A DNA stretch of 64,000 bases from Asterionella formosa (taxonomy: Eukaryota), in assembly GCA_002256025.1 (NCBI GenBank), contig NKIB01009402.1, positions 1 through 64,000 of the forward strand, in the 5' to 3' direction. The position numbers and the translations under genes were made by a program. This document shows positions 36,101-48,079 of this stretch, piece by piece (the stretch's first letter is position 1; every line of letters starts with the position of its first letter). Under the pieces are notes generated by a model. The model worked only from the letters and a program-made list of their open reading frames with translations, did no database searches and had not been told where the DNA came from.

Positions 36101-37553
36101 TTCGGAACACTTCACCTTGGTGAAGCTTGGTGTAATCAGATGCCGAGAGATAAGATGGATCCGATGCTTCCCAACGTCCAACATGATCCTCCCATGCGCT
36201 TGTCCAATCCAAGCCGTAGTCCAAGAAGAGCTCTTCGTCTGGCCCAATGTCTCTCAACGCCACGTAGTCAATCGCCAATCCGCGTCCTTCACTCAAAAGC
36301 TGAGCAGGCACCTTGTCAAGATAGGATTTGTCAAAGAATATCGATCCCCACTGGATCGCTACATTTGGTTCTGGTGAGTGATTGATAAAATTCACAACAG
36401 GTGAGGTGGGAAGTAGGGCGACGGGAGAGTTGGGATGACCAAAAAGATAGTTGGTTAGGAGTTGCTGCCCAATTATCTTTGTAGCGTTGTACACGAATCC
36501 GGTGGCGCCTCCTAATTTGGTTGACAAGTCCTGTTCCATCATGTCCATTTCCCTTTTATCAAAGTGGATAACAGGTGAGCTTGCCACGATGGCGCCTTTG
36601 CCTGTGAATCTCGAGGTGAAGGCACCTCTCCCTGCGCCAGGGATGGTAGACACCCCAGGTTTAAGAGTGTCGATACAAATGGCATGCCTCTTCAACCAAT
36701 CGCTTGACTTCGGAGCTGGAGGGGTTGGAAATTTCTTCTGGTCTCCGTTGCAGTTAACGAACAACTCTTGCCCCTTCTTGATTTTCCGAATAGAATGTGT
36801 TGTGTAGTTTTGTCGATAGGAGAAACTTCCAGCGGAGGGATGTGTAGATCGATGAACTCCAGCAGAGTCTTGTGAGTCTTGCTCGTGTTTTACATTGGCC
36901 CAAGTCTGTTAAAGAAGTAGAATGCAGATATAAGCGGTTAGGTATATTGTAAAAAAAGAAAGGTTAACAGTAATGAAGATTGTGAAAATACAAATGCGAA
37001 CCACCCCTATGTGGAGGTTTGGGAGGGTGCAAAAAGCGAACACTAAAAGAATGGTTTGCGCGCTTGCGACAGGATCCGACGCAGCCGGCATGTCTCGATC
37101 CGTGCGCGGCTCAGCTCGAAAAAATCCAACGCAGCGCCATGGTCGGAACCGGAATGATTGGTGACTCACCTCGTGACACTGAATATGCGTTCCAAGTCCA
37201 GGAACAAAGGCATCAATAATAAATTTGTTTTCGAAGACCAACGTCTCGCTCATGTCGGCAGCCCAGACGAAATCATGCCACAGCGACTTTTCGCGCTTGT
37301 TGGGATCGATAATGGAAACGACCATTTCTGGCCTGCCAATTTGCGTTGGCTTGTTAATATTGACACCCGAAAAGACTCCCAGACCTCCTGAATTTGATGT
37401 CCCCATGTACAGTTGACAATCAGGTGAGGACAGTGTTCGTCGCTTGAGATCGGAAGCGCATGTCTCTGGGGAGGTGCAAGACTCTGAATGCAAGTCGTTC
37501 TGCGCCAAAGCAAGCACTGGAACGAGGACCCAGGAGCGAAAGAGGAGGTTCAT
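33150..37553 (-). CDS. Secretory-pathway protein with two SET domains and three Fe(II)/2OG-dioxygenase-like repeats
   Basis: Exon 1 runs 37553-37170 (signal peptide MNLLFRSWVLVPVLALA), followed by a GTGAGT...ACAG intron at 37169-36906. Exon 2 (36905-33150) is in frame. SET motifs: GAGRGAF, NFINHSPEPNV, ALRDIGPDEELFLDYG. The C-terminal repeats carry HHD/HYD...HAT...RMA. Confidence 0.85.
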
Positions 37554-37839
37554 TATCGTTTGACCGAACTTTAGGGTGAGCAAGTTATATTTATGATACA
37601 ATGCCAGAAAGGGACGACCGCAAAGGTGCTCAATCGATGCGACGAATGCGAAGCAGTGAAAATTTTGAAAATTTCGGCAAGGATCATGTACAGCGACTTG
37701 TCATGATTGCCACCATTTACTGCTGGCCTCCATGTCGTATACCGTTACCTGGTACGGTCTATGAACTTGCTGTCATTTATTATTTGATATACACGTATGT
37801 AGCATATACATACTACTTGGCTCACCGGTATGTTCAATT

Positions 37840-38200
37840 CCGGTACCAGGTACCGGTAGTCAGACTAGTAGTACCTGGTACTAGTACCTGGTAGCATCAA
37901 ATGGAACATAAATGATCACTAAACAGGGCAAACAGGGTACATACTGACATGCATAAATTATTTACCAGCTAAACGAGTACCAGATGTGTACATACCGGTA
38001 GTTACCTAGTCTACCAAGTACCACATCCTCAGCATGGTGGCTGATGACAATGGGCCTACAGTACCGGTACGTGGGCTGATACGGGGTACCGGTACCTGGT
38101 ACCTCGAGTGCCTGGCACATACCTGGCACAGTACTACAGTACAAATGCAACTACCGGTACTGTTAGGATGAAGGCATCGTTCATACCGGTACTTGTCCAT
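37840..38200. repeat. Cluster of palindromic GGTACC/ACCWGGT/ACCGGT low-complexity motifs (representative; recurs in most intergenic regions)
   Basis: Examples are cggtaccaggtaccggtag, gtacctggtactagtacctggtag and ggtaccggtacctggtacc. Similar clusters occur at about 205-390, 686-706, 9375-9480, 21440-22025, 30510-30745, 38555-38645, 44185-44295 and 55865-56110. Confidence 0.85.
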
Positions 38201-38860
38201 ATTTGATACACATTAAATTCACAGGTATGCTTTTGATCACTCAACAGTCGTATCCGTTATCTATAAACTGTAAGCGCATGCTCACCATCGTACAATGAAG
38301 GGCCTGGCTATGATACATATGCCCGGCTATGAATATTTTGGTTCATAATTGAGAACTACGAACAACTACCATTCCGTACCAGAGATTTAAAATAGACCCA
38401 AATATGAATGAATTTATTGTAGAACGATCTACCACTAGACTAGTGGTACTTTATTCATTGATTCTGCATTCGACACATTGCGGTCAGGTATTTATGCTGT
38501 CGTCCTGTACAAATATTGATTTCGATGCACAACTTGTTTCGATCACGCCACGCTACCAGGTACCAGGTATGATGGTACTGGTACCTGGTACCTGGTACCA
38601 GGTACCAGTACGGCAATCTTGGATCCACGGACGGTACTTGGTATCTTCTACATAACTACAGTATGGTTAACAAATATACTGGCAACTGCGTACATAGCCT
38701 TGATTTCATGATGTATCGGTACATAAAAATCCTACACCATCGCTCAGGAGGGGGGCGTCAACTATTTATGGAACAAGAGGGAGGGAGGGAGCGAGCTGTT
38801 TTCAATCAATCATCAACGGTTCATCACATAAATCTATATTGTGTATTCTTCGTCAGGAAA

Positions 38861-41617
38861 ATGGCATCCACTCAAGTCAAAGCTTCGCAATCATCAGAGA
38901 CAAACGACAAGAAGCCGTCTCTCTTGACGAGCGCCCTCGCTCCCTTGACAGATACAGTCCGAATGATTCCCCAGTTTGGCCAGACATGCTTTGCGAGATT
39001 TACCCTGTCAAATGCGGAATCACATACCATTGGCCCAGTCATGCAAGACTTTAGAAACACCAATACCCCTGCTACCTACGTCAAGGATGTCATGGCATCC
39101 ATTCCAGTCCATTCCGACTTGATCTCGGGGATTCGGTGTCAGAAAGTTACGAATGGGGGAAAGTTTATGAATCGTATTTTGACCATTTCAAATGATCGAT
39201 TTGCACTCTTTGTCACTCACAACAAGGTGAAAGGCAGTCGTATAGGAAATGGGGTCTTGTCCTCCATGGCATCCAAGTTGCCTCTGCCGTTCGTGTCCCG
39301 GAAAGGCATTCGTGGATTCAATAGCGGGGATTTGAGAGAGCGCTATGTTCGTTACGTGGACGTCTCGGATATTTCCTTTATTCATGAGGGGTTTCCATGT
39401 ACTAGAAAGATGGAGTATTCTAGGTCATCGAATCGCTTGAAGGGAAAGAAATCTCATGTGGACAGGAACAAGGAGCAAATTGTATCAATTGTGTTTCGTG
39501 GGAACGATAGTTTGGATGTCTTGATTGAAGATGTTGCGCAGCGACAAGCTCTAGTTCAAACCCTCAAAGCCATGATTCAAAAGTATCATGAATCGAAGTT
39601 CTATGTTGTCGACGAAGCGAGACTTCTTCGTTATATTTGGTACGACATTGATATCAACCAAGATGGACTGGTTTCTGAAAGCGAATTTGTCAGTATTGTG
39701 AACCGCATCAACATGTATGTCAAGAATACTAGGCAACTGTATCAAGATTACAAGAAAGAAGGAAATGTCAAGGGCCATCTAACCTACCGTCAATGCATGT
39801 CGCTTCTTCAAGGAATCGAAGAAGGCAAGTATGACAGTCGGTACAGTATGCAATCGCTCAAGCTTTGGGATCAAATCTTTGGAGAAGTGGATTATGTCTC
39901 TGCCGAAGACTTTCTCGTCAAGTTTTTGCATGCCCAACAAAAGGAAATGGACGCGACCCTGTTTGATGTTCGTCGTCTGTTGCATGCCGTCAATAAAATG
40001 GAAGTTAATCGCGACGAGTCGACTTTGCCCGTCAGGGAAGAGTTTATTTCAAAGACGAGATTCAAGAATTATTTGCATCATTCCTTTAATGCTGCATTTG
40101 GTCCAGACCATCAAGAGTTACATCGTGAAACCATGCATCGGCCTTTGACGGAATATTGGATCAATACTTCTCACAATACCTACTTGACGGGGGATCAGCT
40201 TCAGTCCCTTTCGTCAGTCGAATGCTACGCTGCTGCTTTACGACGGGGTTGCAAGTGCTTGGAATTAGATTGCTATAATGGTGAAAAGGACAGTCTGACA
40301 AGTGATCCAATCCCAGTTGTTTATCATGGTGGTACTTTCACCTCCAAGCTTTTGTTTGAAGACATTGTGGAGGTTGTCAAATCTTACGTTGAGTCCAATC
40401 CAGATACCTATCCCATTATCCTCTCTCTTGAAAACCACTGCTCCAAGCCTTATCAACGAGTCATGGCAGATATTTTGCGCGAAAATCTTGGAACTCTGCT
40501 TTATGCACCGTTCGAAGGCACTAAACCGGCAAGAACGAGTAATGAAAAGGCAATTATGCATGTCGTCCCATCACCCGAAGCTTTGCGAGGTAAGGTTATC
40601 ATCAAGGGCAAGCGACCACCAGAGGCTGACGATGGTCCGGACGAAGCAGACGATGTAACAATCGACAACGAAATTGACCCTTATGAAGGGGAAGTATTGA
40701 GTGCGGCAACTCGTCAAGATGCCAAACAGACACCGACTGAGGTCAAAAAGCAAGAAGCCACAACTGGCACGATTCCCACGAAATCTCTGCCGGAACATGA
40801 GATTGTCAAGGAGCTTGCAACTCTGACCCTTTTCCATGGAATTCAATTTAAAGACTTTAAGAAGTCAATGGACGAGCCCACCTCGCACATGCACTCCATT
40901 GGTGAAACTAAAATTGGCAAGATTCTCGGCAAGTCTGCCAATAATTCTGCCCTTTGGCGGGAATACAATGCAACTCACATGACACGAACCTATCCCTCTG
41001 GCGCCCGAGTTGATTCCTCGAATTATAATCCAGTTCTAGCCTGGAGCTTGGGGTGCCAATTGGTGGCTTTGAACTTTCAGACGAGCGATACTCCTCTCAT
41101 TCTCAATGATGGCCGATTCAGGCAGAATGGTCATTGTGGCTATGTGTTGAAGCCTCCTTCGGTGCTGGGTCATGGTTCTGTCCAACGGTCTGAGCCAGTG
41201 ACTGTCAATATTAGGGTGCTATCCGGTTGCTGTCTCCCCAAGCCTGGGGGTTCGAAGACCGGTGAGACCATTGATCCCTACGTCAAGATCAGTATGCACG
41301 ACGTGCAACGGAAGGGAGGCAAGGACAGCTCGACGGTTGAATCGGAGGTCACCGAAACGATTAACGACAATGGGTTCTCTCCGAATTGGGACGAGAGCAA
41401 GTTTCATAAGTTTCAGGTGCACAGTCCAGATGTTGCCATGGTCCATTTCAGTTTGATGGAATCTGATCTCGGGTTGGATGAAAGGATTAGTCATTCTGTG
41501 GTCCCCCTGACATGTATGAGGCAGGGCTATCGTTCGATTTTAATGCACGACAAGTACGGAACGAGAACAGGTGCGTTTGGGTTTGCGACACTGGTGGTGC
41601 AGATTCAAATTGAATAG
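38861..41617 (+). CDS. Phosphoinositide-specific phospholipase C (PH-like, EF-hand, X, Y, C2)
   Basis: YWINTSHNTYLTGDQL, GCKCLELDC, VVYHG, PIILSLENHC, RTYPSGARVDSSNYNP, QLVALNFQT, DPYVKI, GYRSI. The start is placed at ATG 38861. Confidence 0.95.
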   Translation: MASTQVKASQSSETNDKKPSLLTSALAPLTDTVRMIPQFGQTCFARFTLSNAESHTIGPVMQDFRNTNTPATYVKDVMASIPVHSDLISGIRCQKVTNGGKFMNRILTISNDRFALFVTHNKVKGSRIGNGVLSSMASKLPLPFVSRKGIRGFNSGDLRERYVRYVDVSDISFIHEGFPCTRKMEYSRSSNRLKGKKSHVDRNKEQIVSIVFRGNDSLDVLIEDVAQRQALVQTLKAMIQKYHESKFYVVDEARLLRYIWYDIDINQDGLVSESEFVSIVNRINMYVKNTRQLYQDYKKEGNVKGHLTYRQCMSLLQGIEEGKYDSRYSMQSLKLWDQIFGEVDYVSAEDFLVKFLHAQQKEMDATLFDVRRLLHAVNKMEVNRDESTLPVREEFISKTRFKNYLHHSFNAAFGPDHQELHRETMHRPLTEYWINTSHNTYLTGDQLQSLSSVECYAAALRRGCKCLELDCYNGEKDSLTSDPIPVVYHGGTFTSKLLFEDIVEVVKSYVESNPDTYPIILSLENHCSKPYQRVMADILRENLGTLLYAPFEGTKPARTSNEKAIMHVVPSPEALRGKVIIKGKRPPEADDGPDEADDVTIDNEIDPYEGEVLSAATRQDAKQTPTEVKKQEATTGTIPTKSLPEHEIVKELATLTLFHGIQFKDFKKSMDEPTSHMHSIGETKIGKILGKSANNSALWREYNATHMTRTYPSGARVDSSNYNPVLAWSLGCQLVALNFQTSDTPLILNDGRFRQNGHCGYVLKPPSVLGHGSVQRSEPVTVNIRVLSGCCLPKPGGSKTGETIDPYVKISMHDVQRKGGKDSSTVESEVTETINDNGFSPNWDESKFHKFQVHSPDVAMVHFSLMESDLGLDERISHSVVPLTCMRQGYRSILMHDKYGTRTGAFGFATLVVQIQIE

Positions 41618-41914
41618 CGGTAATGCGAGAGCAAATCACGGTTTCAGATTGCGGTTGTTCGGGATTCTTGCAATTATACTACGGAGTATAGATGAGAGGA
41701 CCTACCGGTACCGGTATTTACGGGTCACGGGTATACCGGAAGCCTTGAATACCCGTAAATAAAAATATTCTTGCCTACTGTGTATTAAATCCCTCGCGGT
41801 AGTATGATACTGTCATGATACCACATGATAATGCTTAAAGAATTTCAATTATTTTTATTTTCTGATTGAATCACATGTAGGATCCTTACCATCATTCCTG
41901 AGTTTGTTGTCAAC

Positions 41915-43936
41915 ATGATGGCCTCAACACCCGTCGAGTCGACCGCCGCCCGCATCGAAGGCCGATGTGATGTCTGCACCATGCGTGATGGGAAGCAAGG
42001 TCTGAATCTGCAAAGGTGCACTAAATGCGGTCTCTGCGTCCACGAAACATGCTACGGACTTGAAACGACTGTAACGAAGAATTTCAACTTTGTCTGTGCC
42101 CCGTGTGCGAGCATCGGCAAAGCCGTCATCGGGGCTCGCTTGAAGTCGAACGAGCCACATCAGATCAAGCAAATAAAGAGGCCTGCAGAATGCGCTTTGT
42201 GCAGCGTCGACGATGGAATACATGCCATGCAACCACTCTTTCGGGAAAACGGACCAAAGGGCAGACAACTGATACTTCCAGCAGCGGAGGGCAAGGAGGA
42301 AAGATTAGCTTGGGTGCACTCCCTGTGTGCGCAAGGTCTGTGCTCATCGAGAAGCGCACTTGGATCTGTGTACGCTTGTGACAAGTGGGGGAGATATCAA
42401 GGGGAGGATGGCCAAATGCAGGGCAACGACAATGCACCGGACGATGACGATGCTGCGCTTGCCACTCATCACTACGTCGTGTGCGGAACTGACGGTAAGA
42501 CTGATGCGTGGACTAAGGCTATCAGCCAGCTCAGAAGTCAACTCAAATGCATAATTTGCGGTTGCAACGACAAGGCAAGTATTCGCATACCAATCCAATG
42601 CTCGGCGGGAGATGATGACGAGTTTGAAGAAAATAGAAGGAAGCACAAGGACCAGGTCGAGCCATGCAGTCAGAGCCTACATGTCGGATGTGCTGCATGG
42701 AGACCTAGCGGGAAATTTAGACAAATGTGCTTCTATCCTGGGACGAGTCATGGAAGAGTAGGTGATCAATATCAAGATCCAGTATCTGAGATTTATTGTC
42801 CATTGCATGCCAAGGACATTGGAGTCAAAGCAATCATAGGAATCAGCACCAAACTTCCTAATGCTTTAATCCCGCCAGTGAAACCGTTGAAGCGAAAGAT
42901 GGAAGAAGCATGTGATATATCATACTCACCTAATAGGAAGTCGCATCCTCGGGTCCCAACACTGGGAAGCTTACCCTCACATTCCTTGACCATGCCTTTG
43001 AGCCGGAATGCCATTTCAAAGTCAGCACTAGCTCGCAGAGCAAGTGATTCCGAAATATCAAAAAAGTCGGCGCCTCTCGATAATTTTCGTCGTGTCAGTT
43101 ATACCAGTGCTATTGGAAAATCACAAAACATGCAAATGCTGACGCCACCATTGAAAAAGAAGTCACCGTCAGCTGCGAAATCGATACTTAATGTTGGATC
43201 TTTTAGATCCAAGGCAATGCCCCCACCTCCACCTAATCTGGAACCTATTGAACGACACAGTGGAGGTCGCGTGGCCCATAGGTCCAGCCTTCAACGTCTA
43301 TCTAGCATGTCTCACATGAAAGAAATGCCAACTGCAGAACGCAATGCACCATCGTCCATTCCAATACTACAAATGGGGCAGAAGGCATCGAGTGCTCCCG
43401 ATTCAGTTATGCCAATGGATATGGACCCAACTATGCCAAACAATATGTCAAGTATTAGTTCAACTTTTGAGGTTCCACCCATCCGTAGGCGCAGGCTCAG
43501 CGAGTCCAAAACTGGTGAAAACGAAGATAGTAGCCAAGACTGGTACTCAACGATGGTCAGTGATATCGGTGAGATTATAGAGTTTAGCAAGCTAAACGGC
43601 TATGATGTCGCCTTTATGGTTTCAGAACGTCGTTATTATTGGAAGAAGAAGAGCGGAATTCTCTCGTCATCATTTACAGAGATTTGGAAACAAATCTGCA
43701 ATCACTTTGAAAATGACCTTGGAGAAAATGGCTATAGAGAGGAAACCGCATTGCGTGGTTCTGCTGTTGATGATGAAGCGAGTAATCCCACAAGCCATCT
43801 TGTTTCTGTGGAAGTTAATGGCGCGGGCAACACCAACGATAAGAACAAATGGTCCTACTTATGGGAACCTGATGCTGCCCTTTTTGACATTGGGACATGG
43901 GATTCTAGCGGGACCTTTCTCAAGGAGAAAAACTAG
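41915..43936 (+). CDS. PHD finger / extended PHD (PZP-like) chromatin protein
   Basis: CDVC...CTKCGLCVHETCYG...CAPC, CALC, WVHSLCA, CIIC, IQC...HVGCA...YCPLH, then a long low-complexity C-terminus. Confidence 0.85.
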   Translation: MMASTPVESTAARIEGRCDVCTMRDGKQGLNLQRCTKCGLCVHETCYGLETTVTKNFNFVCAPCASIGKAVIGARLKSNEPHQIKQIKRPAECALCSVDDGIHAMQPLFRENGPKGRQLILPAAEGKEERLAWVHSLCAQGLCSSRSALGSVYACDKWGRYQGEDGQMQGNDNAPDDDDAALATHHYVVCGTDGKTDAWTKAISQLRSQLKCIICGCNDKASIRIPIQCSAGDDDEFEENRRKHKDQVEPCSQSLHVGCAAWRPSGKFRQMCFYPGTSHGRVGDQYQDPVSEIYCPLHAKDIGVKAIIGISTKLPNALIPPVKPLKRKMEEACDISYSPNRKSHPRVPTLGSLPSHSLTMPLSRNAISKSALARRASDSEISKKSAPLDNFRRVSYTSAIGKSQNMQMLTPPLKKKSPSAAKSILNVGSFRSKAMPPPPPNLEPIERHSGGRVAHRSSLQRLSSMSHMKEMPTAERNAPSSIPILQMGQKASSAPDSVMPMDMDPTMPNNMSSISSTFEVPPIRRRRLSESKTGENEDSSQDWYSTMVSDIGEIIEFSKLNGYDVAFMVSERRYYWKKKSGILSSSFTEIWKQICNHFENDLGENGYREETALRGSAVDDEASNPTSHLVSVEVNGAGNTNDKNKWSYLWEPDAALFDIGTWDSSGTFLKEKN

Positions 43937-44479
43937 TTCAATCAGCCCACCATGCCACAATGTTTGACTGGCTGGTACTACCGGTATATGGCCCCAGTCA
44001 AAAGTGTCCTTTCTGTAAATGTAACATGATGCAAAAATGAACCTCCCCATCTATTAAATGTTCCTTTGCTAAAAAGCATAGCCAAAAAAGTTTTCTGTAT
44101 TCCTAAAATAATATATGCTGTCACCATCAAAAATTGAAATATTGTTGCTTCCCAGTATTTCCTTGCTAGTACGCGGAGATGTATATACCAGGTACCAGTA
44201 TGCCGGTAGCATTGCTGATCGCGACGACATGTAACATTCATACCGGTATATCCTTGATTGAACAAGTTATAGGGTATATGTACATACCGGTACTTATTAC
44301 TACCTGTAAACCTCGCGGTGAGCTTTTTTTAAAAATCTCATCAGGTTTCTGATCATTTATTTCTTCTTGTTGTCGCCGTCAAACAGATCATCATTCGTGC
44401 TCATCAATCTACATTCTATTGGTATCACACGACGACACACACATCCTACTATCATAGATTGTTAAAAAGCACAAACGAC

Positions 44480-45418
44480 ATGTCTTCTAAGGGACACAGT
44501 AGCACCACGATCATGGCCAACGTAGTTGGGTCCGTTGTCGCTGTTGGCCTCGTGTCATTGTTGGTGTCGTGGTATCAGAGATCGAACCATCACAGAATGC
44601 CCAAACGACGTCCATCTGCGTCTCAATATCGATCTACATCATTAATCAACAATTCAGATGGCATTGTACTAGATCTCTTTCGAGAATCGTGCCACACAGT
44701 GAAATCATTGCAGGATTCACTTTCCAACGGAGACCAGCTCATGCTGTATGGATTGTACAAGCAAGCTACTGAGGGAGATGCTGATGTTACCAAGAAACCA
44801 TCGGCTCTCAACATGGTGGGCACTCTAAAATTCCAAGCATGGATGCAGTTTCAATCCATGCCTCGAACGGCTGCCATGATGCATTATATCCAAGCGGTGG
44901 GAGAATTGGGAAATACGGACAATAGCAGCGAGGAAGGCGACGCGGAACCTTCAAGTGCCATGGGACTGAAGCCTTCCATCATGCTACATGAACAAGTTCA
45001 CGCCTTGGATGATTCGGCTACTTGGGAAGAAAAATTGAGACGGGCAGCCTCGCAAGGGTCGTATGAAACCATGATGCACTTGTTGAATAATAACAATAAT
45101 AATAGTGAGATTGATATCAACGCACCAGATGACAGTGGCCAAACTGCACTGCATTTTTGTGCAGATCGAGGACATTTGTCTGGAGTCGAATTACTACTGG
45201 AGAATGGAGCTGTGGTGGATTCCATAGACCATGATGGAATCTCTGTCCTGCAAGCGGCAGTCATTGCTGGTCATGTTGATATTTGTTCGGTGTTATTGCA
45301 AAATGGAGCGGACCCTGATCATTTGGATTCAGATGGAGACTCACCTAAATCGTGTGCAGAAGGAGATGATGACATTATGGAATTATTTCGAAGATTAAAC
45401 CCTAGTATGGAGGAATGA
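44480..45418 (+). CDS. Acyl-CoA-binding protein with N-terminal TM and C-terminal ankyrin repeats
   Basis: LMLYGLYKQATEGD...KFQAW...AMMHYI, ankyrin repeats GQTALHFCADRGH and GISVLQAAVIAGH, and TM VVGSVVAVGLVSLLVSW. Confidence 0.92.
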   Translation: MSSKGHSSTTIMANVVGSVVAVGLVSLLVSWYQRSNHHRMPKRRPSASQYRSTSLINNSDGIVLDLFRESCHTVKSLQDSLSNGDQLMLYGLYKQATEGDADVTKKPSALNMVGTLKFQAWMQFQSMPRTAAMMHYIQAVGELGNTDNSSEEGDAEPSSAMGLKPSIMLHEQVHALDDSATWEEKLRRAASQGSYETMMHLLNNNNNNSEIDINAPDDSGQTALHFCADRGHLSGVELLLENGAVVDSIDHDGISVLQAAVIAGHVDICSVLLQNGADPDHLDSDGDSPKSCAEGDDDIMELFRRLNPSMEE

Positions 45419-46041
45419 CCACAGATTGTTGGATTGAAGTGACAGGTTTCAAGATACCTCACTGACGAATAGGAGCAACGATTTGGAAGTTGTCATTAAA
45501 AAAGGTCAATATGAAATAATGGACAACGAAATCAGAGCTGATGGTGTTTTCTGGATGAAAGAAGTGACACTACGTTTGTCACAAATTCTGAAGGAATAAT
45601 CACTCCTGCTATTTTGCCGGCACGGTAGTGAATAAACCAAGGGAAAACTGTTGATGCAAAATAATGAAATTAGAATGCCTCCCAAAATTGAGATGAGTTC
45701 CATGAGACTTTGCATTTTACGTATTGAGCGTGATGCCTGCATGAAATGACTCTATATACAATGGTCTTTTAAATTGTTTCAAAATCCTAGCTTGTAGGCA
45801 CTTGTGAGTTGCTTCTTTTCGAGAAAACTATAGAGTACAAAAGTGACTACAAGTTCGATCATAGAAAAAAATATCTTTTCAAATGGTTATCACACCAACC
45901 AGACTGATACAAGGATTTCCATCTCTGTACAAGCAACATTTAAACTGAGATTTGTATGTTTTCAAGCAAACAACACCGCCACATAATGTCATGTGTGGTT
46001 TTGAGAAAATTCAGACCTGAAAACGAAACTATCTCAATTGA

Positions 46042-48079
46042 TTAATAAAATGTTCTGGCCCTCCTAGTTAGCAAGAACAAACCTGTGCAACGAAAGAAAA
46101 GAAACGATGCAAGTAAAACCAACCAATACCACCAAACATCATCCGAAACAACATTTAGAGTCATCATAAGGTAGTGACAACTCAAGTTCCCGAATGGCGA
46201 TCCACAGTCTCTATTGAAATTTTGTTCCACATGAAGCTTGACTCCATAGGTAAGCGGCATGACATATTGCAGCCATCTCAGCCATGCTGGGATATTTGAT
46301 GGTTGAATGCAGAAGCCAGCAAAAAGAATTTGAGGAACAAAGACCACTGGAAGAAATTCAATTCCCGATCCGGCATCATGTACGCCGGATCCAATCATCA
46401 CGGCAATCGCTGTAGAGGTCATGGCAAGGGAGTAGATAATGAGATAGTGCCAGCCAAAGCCAAGTTGAAACTGCATCATGAAGTATGACACGAGAGCCAA
46501 GAGAAACATCTGAATCGCCGTCAACGATCCTTCCACTACAAGTCGGGACATAAAATAGGCGACGGTTGTGTAGTGGTTAGTGGAATACTCTCGTATGAAT
46601 ACCGGCCGCTCTTGGGGAAAGACAATAAGTGAGGGTAACGCAGTACCGAACATGGACACCATCAACACAATAATTTCCGCTCCAAACTGAGACTGGATAT
46701 TTTCATTGACTGCAGGATCTGTATTTCCCACTTTAAAAAATATACATCCAGTTAAAAAAGACATAGTTGTTGTGAGACAAAGGCGATATCCGATAATATG
46801 TGGATCTCGACTTATGGCTACAAAATCTCTTTTAAGCAACAGTCTGATTTGAACGCCGACACTGACGTGATTGGCGGATTGAGATGGCTTCCCCAACACA
46901 ATCTTTTCCAATACAGTAGATGGCTCAATCTGGTCGGTTATATCATTCTCATAGAAGCCCAACTTCTCCAAGTCTTTGTCAGGAACAGATTGCGCTACGA
47001 TCATTATCCAATCAGCGGGATTATATTTTGGAGGTAACGGTTGTTGCCGAGTTCCGAAGTAGTCTGGTACATCTTGGACACTGCCGTTGTACATAACTCG
47101 CCCTTTGTTGAGTAGAATTAAATGATCAAAGGATTCGAAAATGTCGGATGCTGGCTGGTGAATAGTGAACATAACAGAAGCTCCAGCGTTGGACATCTTC
47201 TTCAATACCTGGCACAATTGGAGAGCACTGAACGAATCGAGACCTAATAGCCACGCACAGTGCAATTAGGTCGATTGTTGCAGTGGTAGTCTACAGGTGA
47301 GTCGATTTTTTTTAACATACCGAGTAATGTTTAGCATAGCCAAAGAATAGTGTACGCACCGCTTGTCGGCTCGTCGAGGAACACCATGGATGGTTTCGTA
47401 ACAAGCTCAACACCAACACTGGTTCTCTTGCGCTCGCCTCCAGAAATACCCTTCAGTAAGGCCCCACCAACAATTGTATCCGCACAATCACAGAATCCCA
47501 ATTCTTCCAACATTTGTGTAGTCAAACGATCCAATTCATCATCTGTAGTTTCCTTGGACAATCTTAGTTTGGCGCTGAATCGAAGACTTTCTCGAGGCGT
47601 ACTAGCAATATGAAGACTGTCGTCTTGAGAAACAAAAGCAATCTGCTGCCTGATCTCCAACGAAGCTGGGTTGACGGCACAATTGTTGAGGCGCACATCA
47701 CAACGGACAGTCAATGTACCCCGTGTGACACTCCGACCCGACAAAACATTCAGCAAGCTTGTCTTTCCCGATCCACTGGGTCCCATAATGGCTGTGGTCT
47801 GTTGGGCAGGAACTTGACCAAAAACATCATTTAAGATTACTTTGTCAGTTTTCCCAGCTTTCTTGGAAGCACTGAAAGGCATTTGAGGCATTGAATTAGT
47901 AAAGTGACGAGGAATCATCAATCTCCTAATAGGTCAATTAGCACGGCAAATTCTCACACTTTCATTTGAACTTTGCTCCAAGTTAAACATTTCCCTTCTC
48001 GAGCCGCAAAAGGATTATCACGTCTTCCAGATTCGATATCTGCTGATTTAATGGGTTGACACTGTATGTTACGGAACAT
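46042..48079 (-). CDS. ABCG (White family) half-transporter, copy 1
   Basis: Exons 48079-47958, 47871-47360 and 47243-46042. Walker A GPSGSGKT, ISGGERKR, FLDEPTSGLDS (joined across intron 2), TIHQP, and a C-terminal ABC2 membrane domain. Confidence 0.93.

Noticed and set aside
37601..38655. Short ORFs containing YQVPGTW-like peptides, also near 21.4-22.2 kb and 30.4 kb
   Set aside because: They are translations of the intergenic GGTACC/ACCTGGT motif, not a protein family.
38663..38860. Upstream extension of the PI-PLC ORF
   Set aside because: It reads like promoter/UTR sequence. ATG 38861 has a better context (aaaATGG).
45506..45742. Small ORF downstream of ABCG copy 1 with a counterpart at 48772-49059
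   Set aside because: The DNA is homologous but reading frame and protein sequence are not maintained, which fits a duplicated non-coding flank.
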